Shown: positions 1 to 8,536 of the stretch, in pieces
How the letters are laid out: each line of letters opens with the position of its first letter
Numbering within the stretch: the first letter of the stretch is position 1
From: a virus
Taxonomy: Duplodnaviria > Caudoviricetes
IMG/VR virus record: IMGVR_UViG_3300034411_000160
Location: 1-41,833 of that record
Strand: one strand, 5' to 3'
DNA length: 41,833 nucleotides
Position numbers and translations under genes: made by a program
The notes under the pieces: model-generated
The model's database searches: none
Seen by the model: only the letters and a program-made list of their open reading frames with translations
What the model was told of the DNA's origin: nothing

Positions 1-2
1 TA

Positions 3-248
3 AAAGAACTCTCTGAAAGTAAGGGGTGGGAAACCATAAACGAAGTGATGAAGGAGGAGATCCTTCAGCTTGCTTTGCAAATGGCTCGTACTCAAGAAAT
101 GACGCAACAGCAGATGGACTTTCAGCGAGGCGCAATATGGGCAGCAGAGCAAATGCTTAATCTGCCTCAACGGCTCATCCTTAAACTAGAGGGTGAGCTT
201 TCACTTGATGAAGTCACGAGCCGCCAAGGCCGCTCAGAAAGGAACTAA
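3..248 (+). CDS. Small head-module protein, 5'-truncated by the window edge
   Basis: Frame is open from position 3 (KELSESKGWETINEVMKEE...). Lies directly upstream of the scaffold, where podophages have a small gene after the portal. Confidence 0.55.
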   Translation, partial: KELSESKGWETINEVMKEEILQLALQMARTQEMTQQQMDFQRGAIWAAEQMLNLPQRLILKLEGELSLDEVTSRQGRSERN

Positions 249-249
249 A

Positions 250-1263
250 ATGGCCATTGAACCTAAAATGGATAACGACCAAGTAGCACGCATCGCGGCA
301 CGCCAAATGGGCGGTCCTGCGCCAGAGCCTTCCGCGCCGAAGGAAGCGCCAGAGACTGCGCAAGAGAAAGCTGTTTCAGCAGCATCTCCTGAAACAGAGG
401 GTGACAAAACGAACGCTGAAGCGGTCATCTACAATGTGAAGATTGGCGAAGAAGATCGTCAGCTTTCTCCCTCTCAGATTGCGGGTACGTACGAACGCTA
501 TCGTGACCTGAACTATAAGCAAGCTCAGATGAAGCCTATCAACGACATAGCTAACTTGGTTATGGAGAAGACAGGCCGTAATGCTGAAGACACCGCTAAA
601 CTCATGGCGGCAGCTTTGAAGTCGATGACTAAGAACGCTCAGATGGGCAACGACCGCCCAGCACAGCCAGGGGTCGCGCAGCCTGTTACCGCACAACAAG
701 GTGACGCCGCTGCAATGTCCGCAAAGCTGACGGAAGAGTTTTCGAAGTACGAAGATGAAAATGCCATCTCGCTACCACCAGGCTATCGCGAGCAATATGA
801 TCGCATGGGCCGTATGGAGCAGGCGATGGGTTCTCAGATGCAGATGATGCAGAAGATCCTACAGCAAGCACAGCAAGCTGGTCAGCAAGGGAACGACAGC
901 CGTGACCAGGCTATCGGATCTCGTGAAGAAGCAATCATGCAATCTATCCGAAATAACTTGGATCGTGCGCAGCAAGCGGCGGGACTTCCTGACGAAGCTA
1001 TTGGCGACTTCCGTACGTACGCTTTGGAGCGTGGGTACACAGCAGAGGACTTCGCTGATGCCAACCTTACAGAGAAAGTCATCAACGACTTCAAGAACCA
1101 AATGAACACCCCAGAGTTCGAACGCTTACGCGAAATGGCAGGCCGTCGTGAGGCGTACTTACGCTCTCAAGCGGGCGGGCCTACTAGCCAAGCAGCCGAT
1201 ACTGGCGGTGATGATACCCTCGCACGACTTGCAGCAGGCGCTATGAACCGCCGTATGGGTTAA
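250..1263 (+). CDS. Putative capsid scaffolding protein
   Basis: ATG 250 after an AAAGGA RBS. Acidic, Gln/Ala-rich helical protein with a YNVKIGEEDRQLS segment, immediately upstream of the major capsid gene. Confidence 0.65.
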   Translation: MAIEPKMDNDQVARIAARQMGGPAPEPSAPKEAPETAQEKAVSAASPETEGDKTNAEAVIYNVKIGEEDRQLSPSQIAGTYERYRDLNYKQAQMKPINDIANLVMEKTGRNAEDTAKLMAAALKSMTKNAQMGNDRPAQPGVAQPVTAQQGDAAAMSAKLTEEFSKYEDENAISLPPGYREQYDRMGRMEQAMGSQMQMMQKILQQAQQAGQQGNDSRDQAIGSREEAIMQSIRNNLDRAQQAAGLPDEAIGDFRTYALERGYTAEDFADANLTEKVINDFKNQMNTPEFERLREMAGRREAYLRSQAGGPTSQAADTGGDDTLARLAAGAMNRRMG

Positions 1264-1264
1264 G

Positions 1265-1293
1265 AAAAGTCGGCCTTCGGGCCGATTTTTTTT
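1265..1293 (+). terminator. Rho-independent terminator
   Basis: Stem TCGGCC-TTCG-GGCCGA (C-UUCG-G loop) followed by a run of 8 T. Confidence 0.9.
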
Positions 1294-1298
1294 CATGT

Positions 1299-1330
1299 GG
1301 GACGACCACTACAAATTTTTCTGACAATAT
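1299..1330 (+). promoter_or_regulatory. Putative phage late promoter, copy 1 (GGGACGAC-N18-CAATAT)
   Basis: Intergenic, just after the terminator and upstream of the capsid gene. Same motif at 2689, 7779, 13962 and 30003. Confidence 0.6.
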
Positions 1331-1464
1331 CTAGTTAATGTCGATTGGCGCTACGGCTCCCTTTACGTCGATGTTGCATAAGGGACGAAGGGTCTGCGCG
1401 TGAATGTTCCGCGTGATCTTGAGTACCTCGCATAAATGTAACCTAAACCTAAAGGAGACTAGCA

Positions 1465-2628
1465 ATGGCTGGTATTCAAGGACTGCGGGGCACTGGACAG
1501 TTTACAAACGACTTCCGCCCTAAGAACTATCGCGAACTTTTTAGCCTGCTTGAGCCAAACGGCAATGCACCGCTGAACGCTTTGTTGTCTATGACTTCCT
1601 CGGAAGCCACTGATGATCCAGAATATAAAAACTTCCGTGACGAACTTCCTGCTCGTGCATTGGTAGCAAATGGTGCCGCAACAAATAGCGCTACTACAAT
1701 TACTATCACTGACAACGACGCTGGTACGTTTGCTGTGGCTGGTACACTTATCGTGAACTCAGCGACTGGCGAAGTAATGCGTGCAACGGCTGACAGCACA
1801 GCAACTCAACTTACTGTTGAGCGTGCTATTGGTGGCGGCGCAGCGTCTATCGCTGACGGTGCCGAGTTGTTCATCGCGGGTACAGCGTACGAAGAAGGCG
1901 CGACATCACCAACTGGCATCTCATTCGATGCGAGCGTGGCGTCCAACTTTACACAAATTTTCCGTACTGCCTTCACAGTTACAGAAACTTTGCGTGCGAC
2001 TAACCTTCGTACAGGCGACAAAGAAGACGAGATGGCGACTAAAGCTCTCAAATTGCACATGCAAGACATTGAGCGCGCTATGTTTTTTGGCAAAAAGCAC
2101 GAAGCTAATGCCTCTTCTTCACAGCCAACTCGCTACACAGGCGGCTTGATCAACACAATCACTAACGTGAATGACCGATCAACTGCATCAGGCGCAATGA
2201 CTGAAGACCAGTTTGACCGCGCTCTGATCGAGGACGTGTTCGCTTTCGGTTCAAACCAGAAGATCATGTTCTGCGGCGCTAAAGTTGCAGGCCACCTTCA
2301 GAAGTTTGGCAAAGACCGTTGGCAGCCGACTGTTGTTGAGGGCACGTACGGTGTGAACCTTACTCGTTATTCAACCTTTGCAGGCGACTTGATGGTGCAT
2401 TTGCACCCACAATTCCGTCAGGTGCCAGGGATGGACAACGCGGCGGTAATCATTGATTTCCCTCACTTAAAGTATCGTTTCATGGAAGGTCGCGACACAC
2501 AGTTGCTACGTGATCGTCAAGCGAATGATATGGATGCGGTCAAGCACGAGTACCTAACCGAGTGTGGCCTCGAATTGCTTCAAGACAAGACGCACCATTA
2601 CATCAAGAACTGGAACGCTGTAGCTTAA
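1465..2628 (+). CDS. Major capsid protein (SU10/DUF5309-like, HK97 fold)
   Basis: Strong AAGGAG RBS, 387 aa. Motifs NFTQIFRTAFTVTET, DIERAMFFG, RYTGGL, YSTFAGDL and EYLTECGLE are typical of this capsid family. Confidence 0.85.
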   Translation: MAGIQGLRGTGQFTNDFRPKNYRELFSLLEPNGNAPLNALLSMTSSEATDDPEYKNFRDELPARALVANGAATNSATTITITDNDAGTFAVAGTLIVNSATGEVMRATADSTATQLTVERAIGGGAASIADGAELFIAGTAYEEGATSPTGISFDASVASNFTQIFRTAFTVTETLRATNLRTGDKEDEMATKALKLHMQDIERAMFFGKKHEANASSSQPTRYTGGLINTITNVNDRSTASGAMTEDQFDRALIEDVFAFGSNQKIMFCGAKVAGHLQKFGKDRWQPTVVEGTYGVNLTRYSTFAGDLMVHLHPQFRQVPGMDNAAVIIDFPHLKYRFMEGRDTQLLRDRQANDMDAVKHEYLTECGLELLQDKTHHYIKNWNAVA

Positions 2629-2652
2629 TCCTCCCAGATAGCTACACGACTA

Positions 2653-2682
2653 GAGAGGGCTGCGCTTATGCGTGGCCCTTTC
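2653..2682 (+). terminator. Hairpin after the capsid gene (weak terminator or mRNA stabiliser)
   Basis: GAGAGGGCTGCGC-TTAT-GCGTGGCCCTTTC stem with only a short U-tract. Confidence 0.55.
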
Positions 2683-2688
2683 GCATTA

Positions 2689-2721
2689 GGGACGACTACA
2701 CCGCATATAAACCCCATAAAT
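2689..2721 (+). promoter_or_regulatory. Putative late promoter, copy 2 (GGGACGAC-N18-CATAAAT)
   Basis: Intergenic, directly after the hairpin and upstream of the head-tail genes. Confidence 0.55.
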
Positions 2722-2749
2722 GAACAGACAATCCCAAAGGAGAAGCTCA

Positions 2750-3097
2750 ATGGCACGCAAACGCGCACGTACAGAGGACGGTCACTTCGTAGCTGACGAT
2801 CCATCCACGCCCGAAAACGAGGCATGGACCGAAGATAAGTCCAAGCGACGTGAGGCTGCGTCCAAGAAAGCAAAAGCAAAGAAGGCTCCCGCGCCTCAAT
2901 CTGCATTCACCATGTTCGTATCATCAAGCCCAGAAACTTCCGTTTACGACCTACGGGTTGGCGAAGCGCGAGTTCGCGGCATTTGGGACGGCTCACGGCA
3001 GCACGTAAGCTGGCGCGTACCATCTGATTTGACCGAGGCTCTCATGAAGCACCACATGGTTTGGTCTGGCCGAGTGATCAACGCAGAGGAAGACTAA
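2750..3097 (+). CDS. Hypothetical virion-associated protein
   Basis: AAGGAG RBS before ATG 2750. The RARTEDGHFVADDPSTPENEAW segment is of a type recurrent in marine phage structural modules. Confidence 0.6.
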   Translation: MARKRARTEDGHFVADDPSTPENEAWTEDKSKRREAASKKAKAKKAPAPQSAFTMFVSSSPETSVYDLRVGEARVRGIWDGSRQHVSWRVPSDLTEALMKHHMVWSGRVINAEED

Positions 3098-3098
3098 A

Positions 3099-3527
3099 AT
3101 GGCTGAGAAGAGCGTACAGAAGCCCTTCGCTGCGGGTAGGGGCGACCACTCCCCACTAGAAAACTTAGTACGCTCTGCGCTCGTTAGAGCGGGTAACTTC
3201 TCCCCGTCCCGTGTCGATGGTGAGGTTATGATGCTCATGATCGAACTCGCTAACCGAGTGATCGAGGACTTGCGACAGCATCCATACTATAGCGGCGAAG
3301 ACATTGATTACTACAACGACATAACTGAAATACGTCCCATACCTGACATGATCATGATTGATGGCCTAACGGCTCATTACTTCATTCAGCAAGGCAGCGA
3401 CAAGGCTATGATCTTTCTTCAGTTGTATCAGGCGAACATGGCCAACCTGTTGCACGAGCGTTCGTACGGAAACAAGAAGTACGAAATGAAGATAGTGGAT
3501 GGCGGATCTAATCACAGGTACATGTAA
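3099..3527 (+). CDS. Putative head-tail adaptor (tail tubular protein A-like)
   Basis: 142 aa, helical, GGAAGA RBS. Lies between capsid and nozzle and is translationally coupled to the next gene (TAATG). Confidence 0.55.
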   Translation: MAEKSVQKPFAAGRGDHSPLENLVRSALVRAGNFSPSRVDGEVMMLMIELANRVIEDLRQHPYYSGEDIDYYNDITEIRPIPDMIMIDGLTAHYFIQQGSDKAMIFLQLYQANMANLLHERSYGNKKYEMKIVDGGSNHRYM

Positions 3528-5047
3528 TGTCGAGACTTGCCTACTCCCCAATATCTATAAAATCCACAAGCCGTACTTATTACGGCTTTCGTGGTATTGA
3601 TCGCTCTCGCGACGTTACTGCGTTGGAGACCGAGGAGCAGCAAAACTTCTGGCAGTTAGATAACTGCTTTGTTGACTACCGAGGTCAGCTTATTCGCGAC
3701 CCAGCTTTCTATCTCCATAAGGGATCGAACCGATTTCCCGTAAAGTGCTTGCGCTTCTACAACCGTGATGGCGTGTGCTTTGCAGAGGAAGACGCGGCGG
3801 GAACTCACCTCGCGTCTGATCGGGGGCATCAGCTACTCAATGCGTTTGCTAAAGATGCAATCGTTTCTATGACTAATTTCCAGGGTAAGGTGCATATCTT
3901 CAATCAAGATACGCGTATGTACCGCTATGATGGGTTCGAGTTCTCGACATCTACGGCCTCAATCAAACCAAAGTTCGGCGTCCCTATTCAGCGGCGTCTT
4001 GCTACTGCTGGGTTTAAAGATAGGCCCACGACTATTGAGTTTTCTCGCGTAGACAATCCCGACATCTTCTTGGAAGAAGAAGCGCCTACCGAAGAAGTCA
4101 CACGAGCAGCGTTTATTGACATCAGTAACCTTATCGGAACAGCCGATGAGATTGTTGGAATGGGCACGTTTGAGGCTAACCGCCTTGCTGTTTTCACTAG
4201 AGACCAGACGCTAGTTTATATAATCGACCCAGACTTTGAGGAGTGGCAGCTCGACAGTCGTGCCAATCTTCGTATCGGGTGTATATCGCACAATACGATT
4301 GTGAACGCTGGCTCCGATCTTTTGTTCTGCTCTCGTCGCGGCATCCACTCAATTATGCGCTCCGAGCAAAACGGCATTACCATTGCTGAAGCATCTTTGT
4401 CTGATGAGGTCGAGCCTCTATACCAAGAACTCGTACGTACAACGCCAGATCCTGAGAGCATATCGGCGGTCTATGACCCTGATACGCAGTCCTATCACGT
4501 ATTCTTTCCAAGGCCAGGCGGAACCCAGACAACGCGTCTGTCTATGAACTTCCGCGCTGGGTACAAGCTCGTAAACTTTCAGTTAGGCGATACCCTTCTG
4601 CCGCGTTGCGGCACGTTCTTGGGCGGCAGACTAATGTTCGGAACAGCCGATGGTGTGTACGAAGCGACCGCGCGTACGTTTGTTCAGGATACGGGTCTTT
4701 CAGATCTTCGTAGATCTCCAATGAATGCAGAGACCCCAGTTCTTTGGCTGGGTGACTTTCTAGGAACGAAGAGATCTCACACATTTATTGTGCAAGCAAC
4801 TGGTCGTGGCCGTTTCTACGTAGACGTTACAGATGAAAATGGTTCCGACATCGGATCTATTGAGGTGAACCTTGATCGTATTGAGGGTGATAAAAGGTGG
4901 GGCGATGCTCCTCTGGTTCAAGACTATTCTTTCCCGTTTAACCACGTTTTCCGTGGGCTTCGCCTACGCTTTCGTACGGAAGACAAAGACGTTGATACCG
5001 ACTGCACGGTTATCAGTTTCGCGTTCCTATTACACAAGGAGAAATAA
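3527..5047 (+). CDS. Putative tail nozzle / DNA-stabilisation protein (tubular B / P22 gp10-like)
   Basis: 506 aa, beta-rich. N-terminal FRGID...WQLDNCFVD and IGCISHNTIVNAGSDLLFCSRRGIHS are typical of podovirus nozzles. Confidence 0.7.
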   Translation: MSRLAYSPISIKSTSRTYYGFRGIDRSRDVTALETEEQQNFWQLDNCFVDYRGQLIRDPAFYLHKGSNRFPVKCLRFYNRDGVCFAEEDAAGTHLASDRGHQLLNAFAKDAIVSMTNFQGKVHIFNQDTRMYRYDGFEFSTSTASIKPKFGVPIQRRLATAGFKDRPTTIEFSRVDNPDIFLEEEAPTEEVTRAAFIDISNLIGTADEIVGMGTFEANRLAVFTRDQTLVYIIDPDFEEWQLDSRANLRIGCISHNTIVNAGSDLLFCSRRGIHSIMRSEQNGITIAEASLSDEVEPLYQELVRTTPDPESISAVYDPDTQSYHVFFPRPGGTQTTRLSMNFRAGYKLVNFQLGDTLLPRCGTFLGGRLMFGTADGVYEATARTFVQDTGLSDLRRSPMNAETPVLWLGDFLGTKRSHTFIVQATGRGRFYVDVTDENGSDIGSIEVNLDRIEGDKRWGDAPLVQDYSFPFNHVFRGLRLRFRTEDKDVDTDCTVISFAFLLHKEK

Positions 5048-5048
5048 G

Positions 5049-6617
5049 ATGGCTCGCTTAAAAGTCCTGTACCCAGGAAACCATACGAGTTCAGGAAATA
5101 TCGGCGCAGACATCGAGAATATCGTGCGCTATCTGAACTCTGCTGAACTAGGAGACAGCACTGTTGCTGAACTCTTAAAGATTTTGTTCGATAAAGAGGG
5201 CGTGTTGCAAGCTCCTGTCCAAATCAGGAACGACAATATCAACGGCCTTGAATACCGAGTTGGCAGTTACGCTGAAGCGGAAGATGGCTGGAAGTCTCTT
5301 GCAACAGCTACGGAGCTGCGCGGGGCCGCTGGGTCTGATGTGGGAACTATCGGGGCACCTTTATTCTCATCACGTCTCGACCTTGTTATCAACGCGGCAG
5401 ACGGTGACGGAGTTATCGAAAACCCAACAGGCTCGGTCACTTTTAACTACATTCACGAGATCGCTGATCGTATCGTAGTATACCTTAACGGCGCTCTTCT
5501 GGCGGAGGCGGATTACACGAACGACCCTGCCGCTAATACAGTGACAATGAATGACGCAACGGACGCTGACGATCTTGTAACAATTTACAAGGTTCAGTCT
5601 GCTAACGACAGTGGGTTTACACGGCAAGACGTACTGGCTGGCCAGTCTCAGGCTGTGTTTCCATTCGTACACAACGAAGACCAAAAGGTTCTCGTGTATC
5701 GAAACGGCATCTTGCAACGACAGGGCGGTACGAACGATTACACCCAGCAGCCTGCTAACTCTACAATTACATTTACTTCCGCCTTGGTTGAGAACGATCT
5801 TGTTACGTTGGTCATCGTGGAAGACACTTCCCAGGTTCGCGTTTCGGGCCTCATGACTGAGGATAAGTTTACAGATAGTAATGGCTTCGTACCATTCTCA
5901 AAACTTTCCATCTCGGATGATGAGATCCCTCAGACCAAAGTAAACGGTATCTCTACGCTATTGGCAAACCGTGGGCGCGTTTACGTCAGCCCATCTGAGC
6001 CTCAGTCTGCTAATGCTGGCGACTTCTGGGTGGACATCGCGGCCTCACCAAATGTACTCAAATTTTACAACGGAACAGGTTGGCTTCTAACCTCACCAGA
6101 CACAGGTATTCCTGCGTTTGCTACGACGAACGCGCTTCAGTTCTTGCGGGTCAACTCGACTGGCGGCGGGCTTGAATTTGCCGACGTAGATTTCACAGCC
6201 TTGATACCCAAGACCTATATCGGTGCAGCCGATGGGGTTGCTGGACTAGACGCTACAGGTCGCCTTCCAATCGCGCAGCTTCCCGATACGTTCGCTACGC
6301 GGTCATTCTTCTTCCAGAAAGATGGCTCGATCTCAAACCAAGATTTAGTTGTTACTCGGGCCTTCAAGCAGAACGTACGAATAGACGCGATAGCCGCTAA
6401 GACAAACGCGGGTACTGCCAATATTCAGCTAAAAGTTAATGGCATCAACGCGGGTGACGTTATTCCAGTAAGCTCCACTCTTACTGAGCAAAACCTATCC
6501 GCATCAATCGCTATCGACGCCACGACCACCTCTCGCGAGATTGCCTTTTCGGTAACTTCCGCAACGGGTGTAACTGACATCGAAGTAACCTTGGCGGCTG
6601 TCATCACCAATGTCTGA
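5049..6617 (+). CDS. Tail fibre / tail structural protein
   Basis: AAGGAG RBS, ATG 5049. Two tandem VY(L/R)NG-L...DYT...T(V/I)T...DLVT domains, plus the fibre-type motifs VSPSEP...GDFWVD and GVAGLDATGRLPIAQLP. Confidence 0.7.
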   Translation: MARLKVLYPGNHTSSGNIGADIENIVRYLNSAELGDSTVAELLKILFDKEGVLQAPVQIRNDNINGLEYRVGSYAEAEDGWKSLATATELRGAAGSDVGTIGAPLFSSRLDLVINAADGDGVIENPTGSVTFNYIHEIADRIVVYLNGALLAEADYTNDPAANTVTMNDATDADDLVTIYKVQSANDSGFTRQDVLAGQSQAVFPFVHNEDQKVLVYRNGILQRQGGTNDYTQQPANSTITFTSALVENDLVTLVIVEDTSQVRVSGLMTEDKFTDSNGFVPFSKLSISDDEIPQTKVNGISTLLANRGRVYVSPSEPQSANAGDFWVDIAASPNVLKFYNGTGWLLTSPDTGIPAFATTNALQFLRVNSTGGGLEFADVDFTALIPKTYIGAADGVAGLDATGRLPIAQLPDTFATRSFFFQKDGSISNQDLVVTRAFKQNVRIDAIAAKTNAGTANIQLKVNGINAGDVIPVSSTLTEQNLSASIAIDATTTSREIAFSVTSATGVTDIEVTLAAVITNV

Positions 6618-7779
6618 CCTTAATCTCAGCCCACAAGAACAGAACATTGTCGATTACCATAATGGGTCGATGAGTTCTGGTCGTGTGGGCAGGGATGAAC
6701 AAGGCAGACCAATGACGGTTTATTCGACTGGCATCTTTATCGAGCGGGGTCCGCACAAGGGCAAGTTCGTATCGGTCCCTGGGTGGGTGCCAGAAGTAAA
6801 CCCAGACAGACCATTAACCGAGCGTGAGGCGTTCGAACATTGGGAAGACGAGATCAATAAGGGCACATGGCCTTTTTACGGAAGCGGCACGGAGCTGAAC
6901 AATCGGTCTCAAGATATGCACAGGATAATGGATATGGACGCTGACATCATCAATCAAAACATGGGGCAGGACGGGAAGCAGTCCATTCATGTAACGCCAG
7001 AAGAAGCTCAAATCGTAGAGCAAATAGAAGGTAGGATGCAGCGGCCTCGTGGTCCCGTTCAAGACTTTAAATGGGCGGACGTACGCCACCTGTATCCCGT
7101 TGGGGCAAGTAAGGCTCAGATAGAGCTGGGCGGTCCAATGCGGACTTCGGGCCTTGCGTACGTAGATAACAAAATGGGCCTTAGTGCTGACATGCGAGGC
7201 AATAAAACGCCCGAACATTTGCAGCGTCAGCACGACGACATTCGTTCGTACATGGCATCAGAGATGTCAAAGAACGCTATTGAAAGTTATCGAGCGTCTT
7301 TACCCCGAGAGGTTCAGGACCAAATGTCGGGTGAACTGATGATCGAGCAAGGTCGCGATGGGATGTACAGCTTAATCCTTGGAGACGATGCTACGGGATA
7401 TACCGAGCTAAGTTACGGGACAGATGAGCAGAGCTACTTCGACGCCTTGTCTGACGCGAAAAGAGCGTTTGGACATATGGGGGAAACAGGAGACGCCGCT
7501 ATAAATGCAGGGTTTCTAGGTCGCGTAGGCTCCGCTGGGCTGTATGGCCGTCGTCAAAGAAAAGACCTCCAAGAAGAGATGATGCACAACTACAACGAAG
7601 CTCGTCGCTACATGGAAGTTGACAGATCGCTGGCGGCAGAGGCTCTTCAGTCTGCCGACATGATAGGTGACGAAGTTAAACGCCGAGATCAAAAGCCAGA
7701 AACAAACGCTCACCCATACACTGATAGAGTTCTTCGAAGGGATGCCAAACGGCGGGCGTCCAAAATGATGATGGAATAG
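6610..7779 (+). CDS. Hypothetical protein in the structural module
   Basis: 389-aa ORF overlapping the previous stop. No recognised family. Confidence 0.6.
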   Translation: MSDLNLSPQEQNIVDYHNGSMSSGRVGRDEQGRPMTVYSTGIFIERGPHKGKFVSVPGWVPEVNPDRPLTEREAFEHWEDEINKGTWPFYGSGTELNNRSQDMHRIMDMDADIINQNMGQDGKQSIHVTPEEAQIVEQIEGRMQRPRGPVQDFKWADVRHLYPVGASKAQIELGGPMRTSGLAYVDNKMGLSADMRGNKTPEHLQRQHDDIRSYMASEMSKNAIESYRASLPREVQDQMSGELMIEQGRDGMYSLILGDDATGYTELSYGTDEQSYFDALSDAKRAFGHMGETGDAAINAGFLGRVGSAGLYGRRQRKDLQEEMMHNYNEARRYMEVDRSLAAEALQSADMIGDEVKRRDQKPETNAHPYTDRVLRRDAKRRASKMMME

Positions 7780-7811
7780 GGACGACTGTAGCATGTCGAT
7801 TACCCTATAGT
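7779..7811 (+). promoter_or_regulatory. Putative late promoter, copy 3 (GGGACGAC-N19-TATAGT)
   Basis: Intergenic, with a near-consensus -10 TATAGT, upstream of the internal-protein cluster. Confidence 0.65.
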
Positions 7812-7835
7812 TTCTTAACTGCACAGGAGGCCATT

Positions 7836-8078
7836 ATGGCATTTAGCGACGTTTTCGGCCCGAACACGGGTACTTCAATTTCAGACCGCAAGGCAGCAGC
7901 CGCTATCGACGCTAAGTCTAGCGACATGGGCCGTGAGGGCGACAGCATGATGGTTCGTGCGTCACCGTTCACAATCAAGTTGCTTCAAGACATCGGTGGC
8001 GCAGGATCGTTCAACCCTGAGACGGGCATGATTGAGTTCTACGACGTGGATGAAGCTGTAAAGAAAATGATGCGGTAA
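7836..8078 (+). CDS. Small protein with a GRxGD...GGAGSFNPETGxxEF domain
   Basis: AGGAGG RBS, 80 aa. Motif is of a type seen at the N-termini of podophage internal virion proteins. Confidence 0.65.
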   Translation: MAFSDVFGPNTGTSISDRKAAAAIDAKSSDMGREGDSMMVRASPFTIKLLQDIGGAGSFNPETGMIEFYDVDEAVKKMMR

Positions 8079-8536
8079 TGAAGGTTAGGGACGCGATACT
8101 ATCGGATGCGATGGATATTGCGGAACTCTTGTCTGGGTTCCACACAGAAAGTCGTTATGGACAATCTGAGGTGGAGTTCTGCAAGGATACAATGCTGCGT
8201 ACTGTGATTGGGTTTTTGGAAAATGTTCCAGAGACTTTTTGCAAGGTGGTAGTTAGCGGGTCTAAGCTAACGGGCCTTCTTCTCGCTGATTACGCGCCTA
8301 TACCCTTCGCTAAAGGCGTATTCTCAAGGGTGGCGTTTTTTTACATAGCCCCTGCTTATCGAGGCGGGATGTCGGCTTTTAGAATGCTCAAGCAGTACGT
8401 CCAGTGGGCGAAGGAATTGGGCGCTCTTGAAATACACGGGGGCACTTCGAGTGGCGTATCTCCACGCCGCACTGTGGGGCTGTACGAGAAACTTGGCTTT
8501 GAAGAAGCTGGACACACAATGAGGTTTGTACAATGA
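8078..8536 (+). CDS. GNAT-family acetyltransferase
   Basis: VRDA at the N-terminus, FYIAPAYRGG acetyl-CoA motif A, and LYEKLGF at the C-terminus. Confidence 0.85.
   Translation: MKVRDAILSDAMDIAELLSGFHTESRYGQSEVEFCKDTMLRTVIGFLENVPETFCKVVVSGSKLTGLLLADYAPIPFAKGVFSRVAFFYIAPAYRGGMSAFRMLKQYVQWAKELGALEIHGGTSSGVSPRRTVGLYEKLGFEEAGHTMRFVQ

Noticed and set aside
1338-1403. Leaderless 21-aa uORF (MSIGATAPFTSMLHKGRRVCA) before the capsid gene
   Set aside because: The position is suggestive, but it is short with no compositional support and could easily be chance.
2619-2660. Capsid C-terminal extension by frameshift or read-through (TGTAGCT...AGCTACA hairpin around the stop)
   Set aside because: No slippery heptamer, and no convincing downstream extension domain before the next gene.
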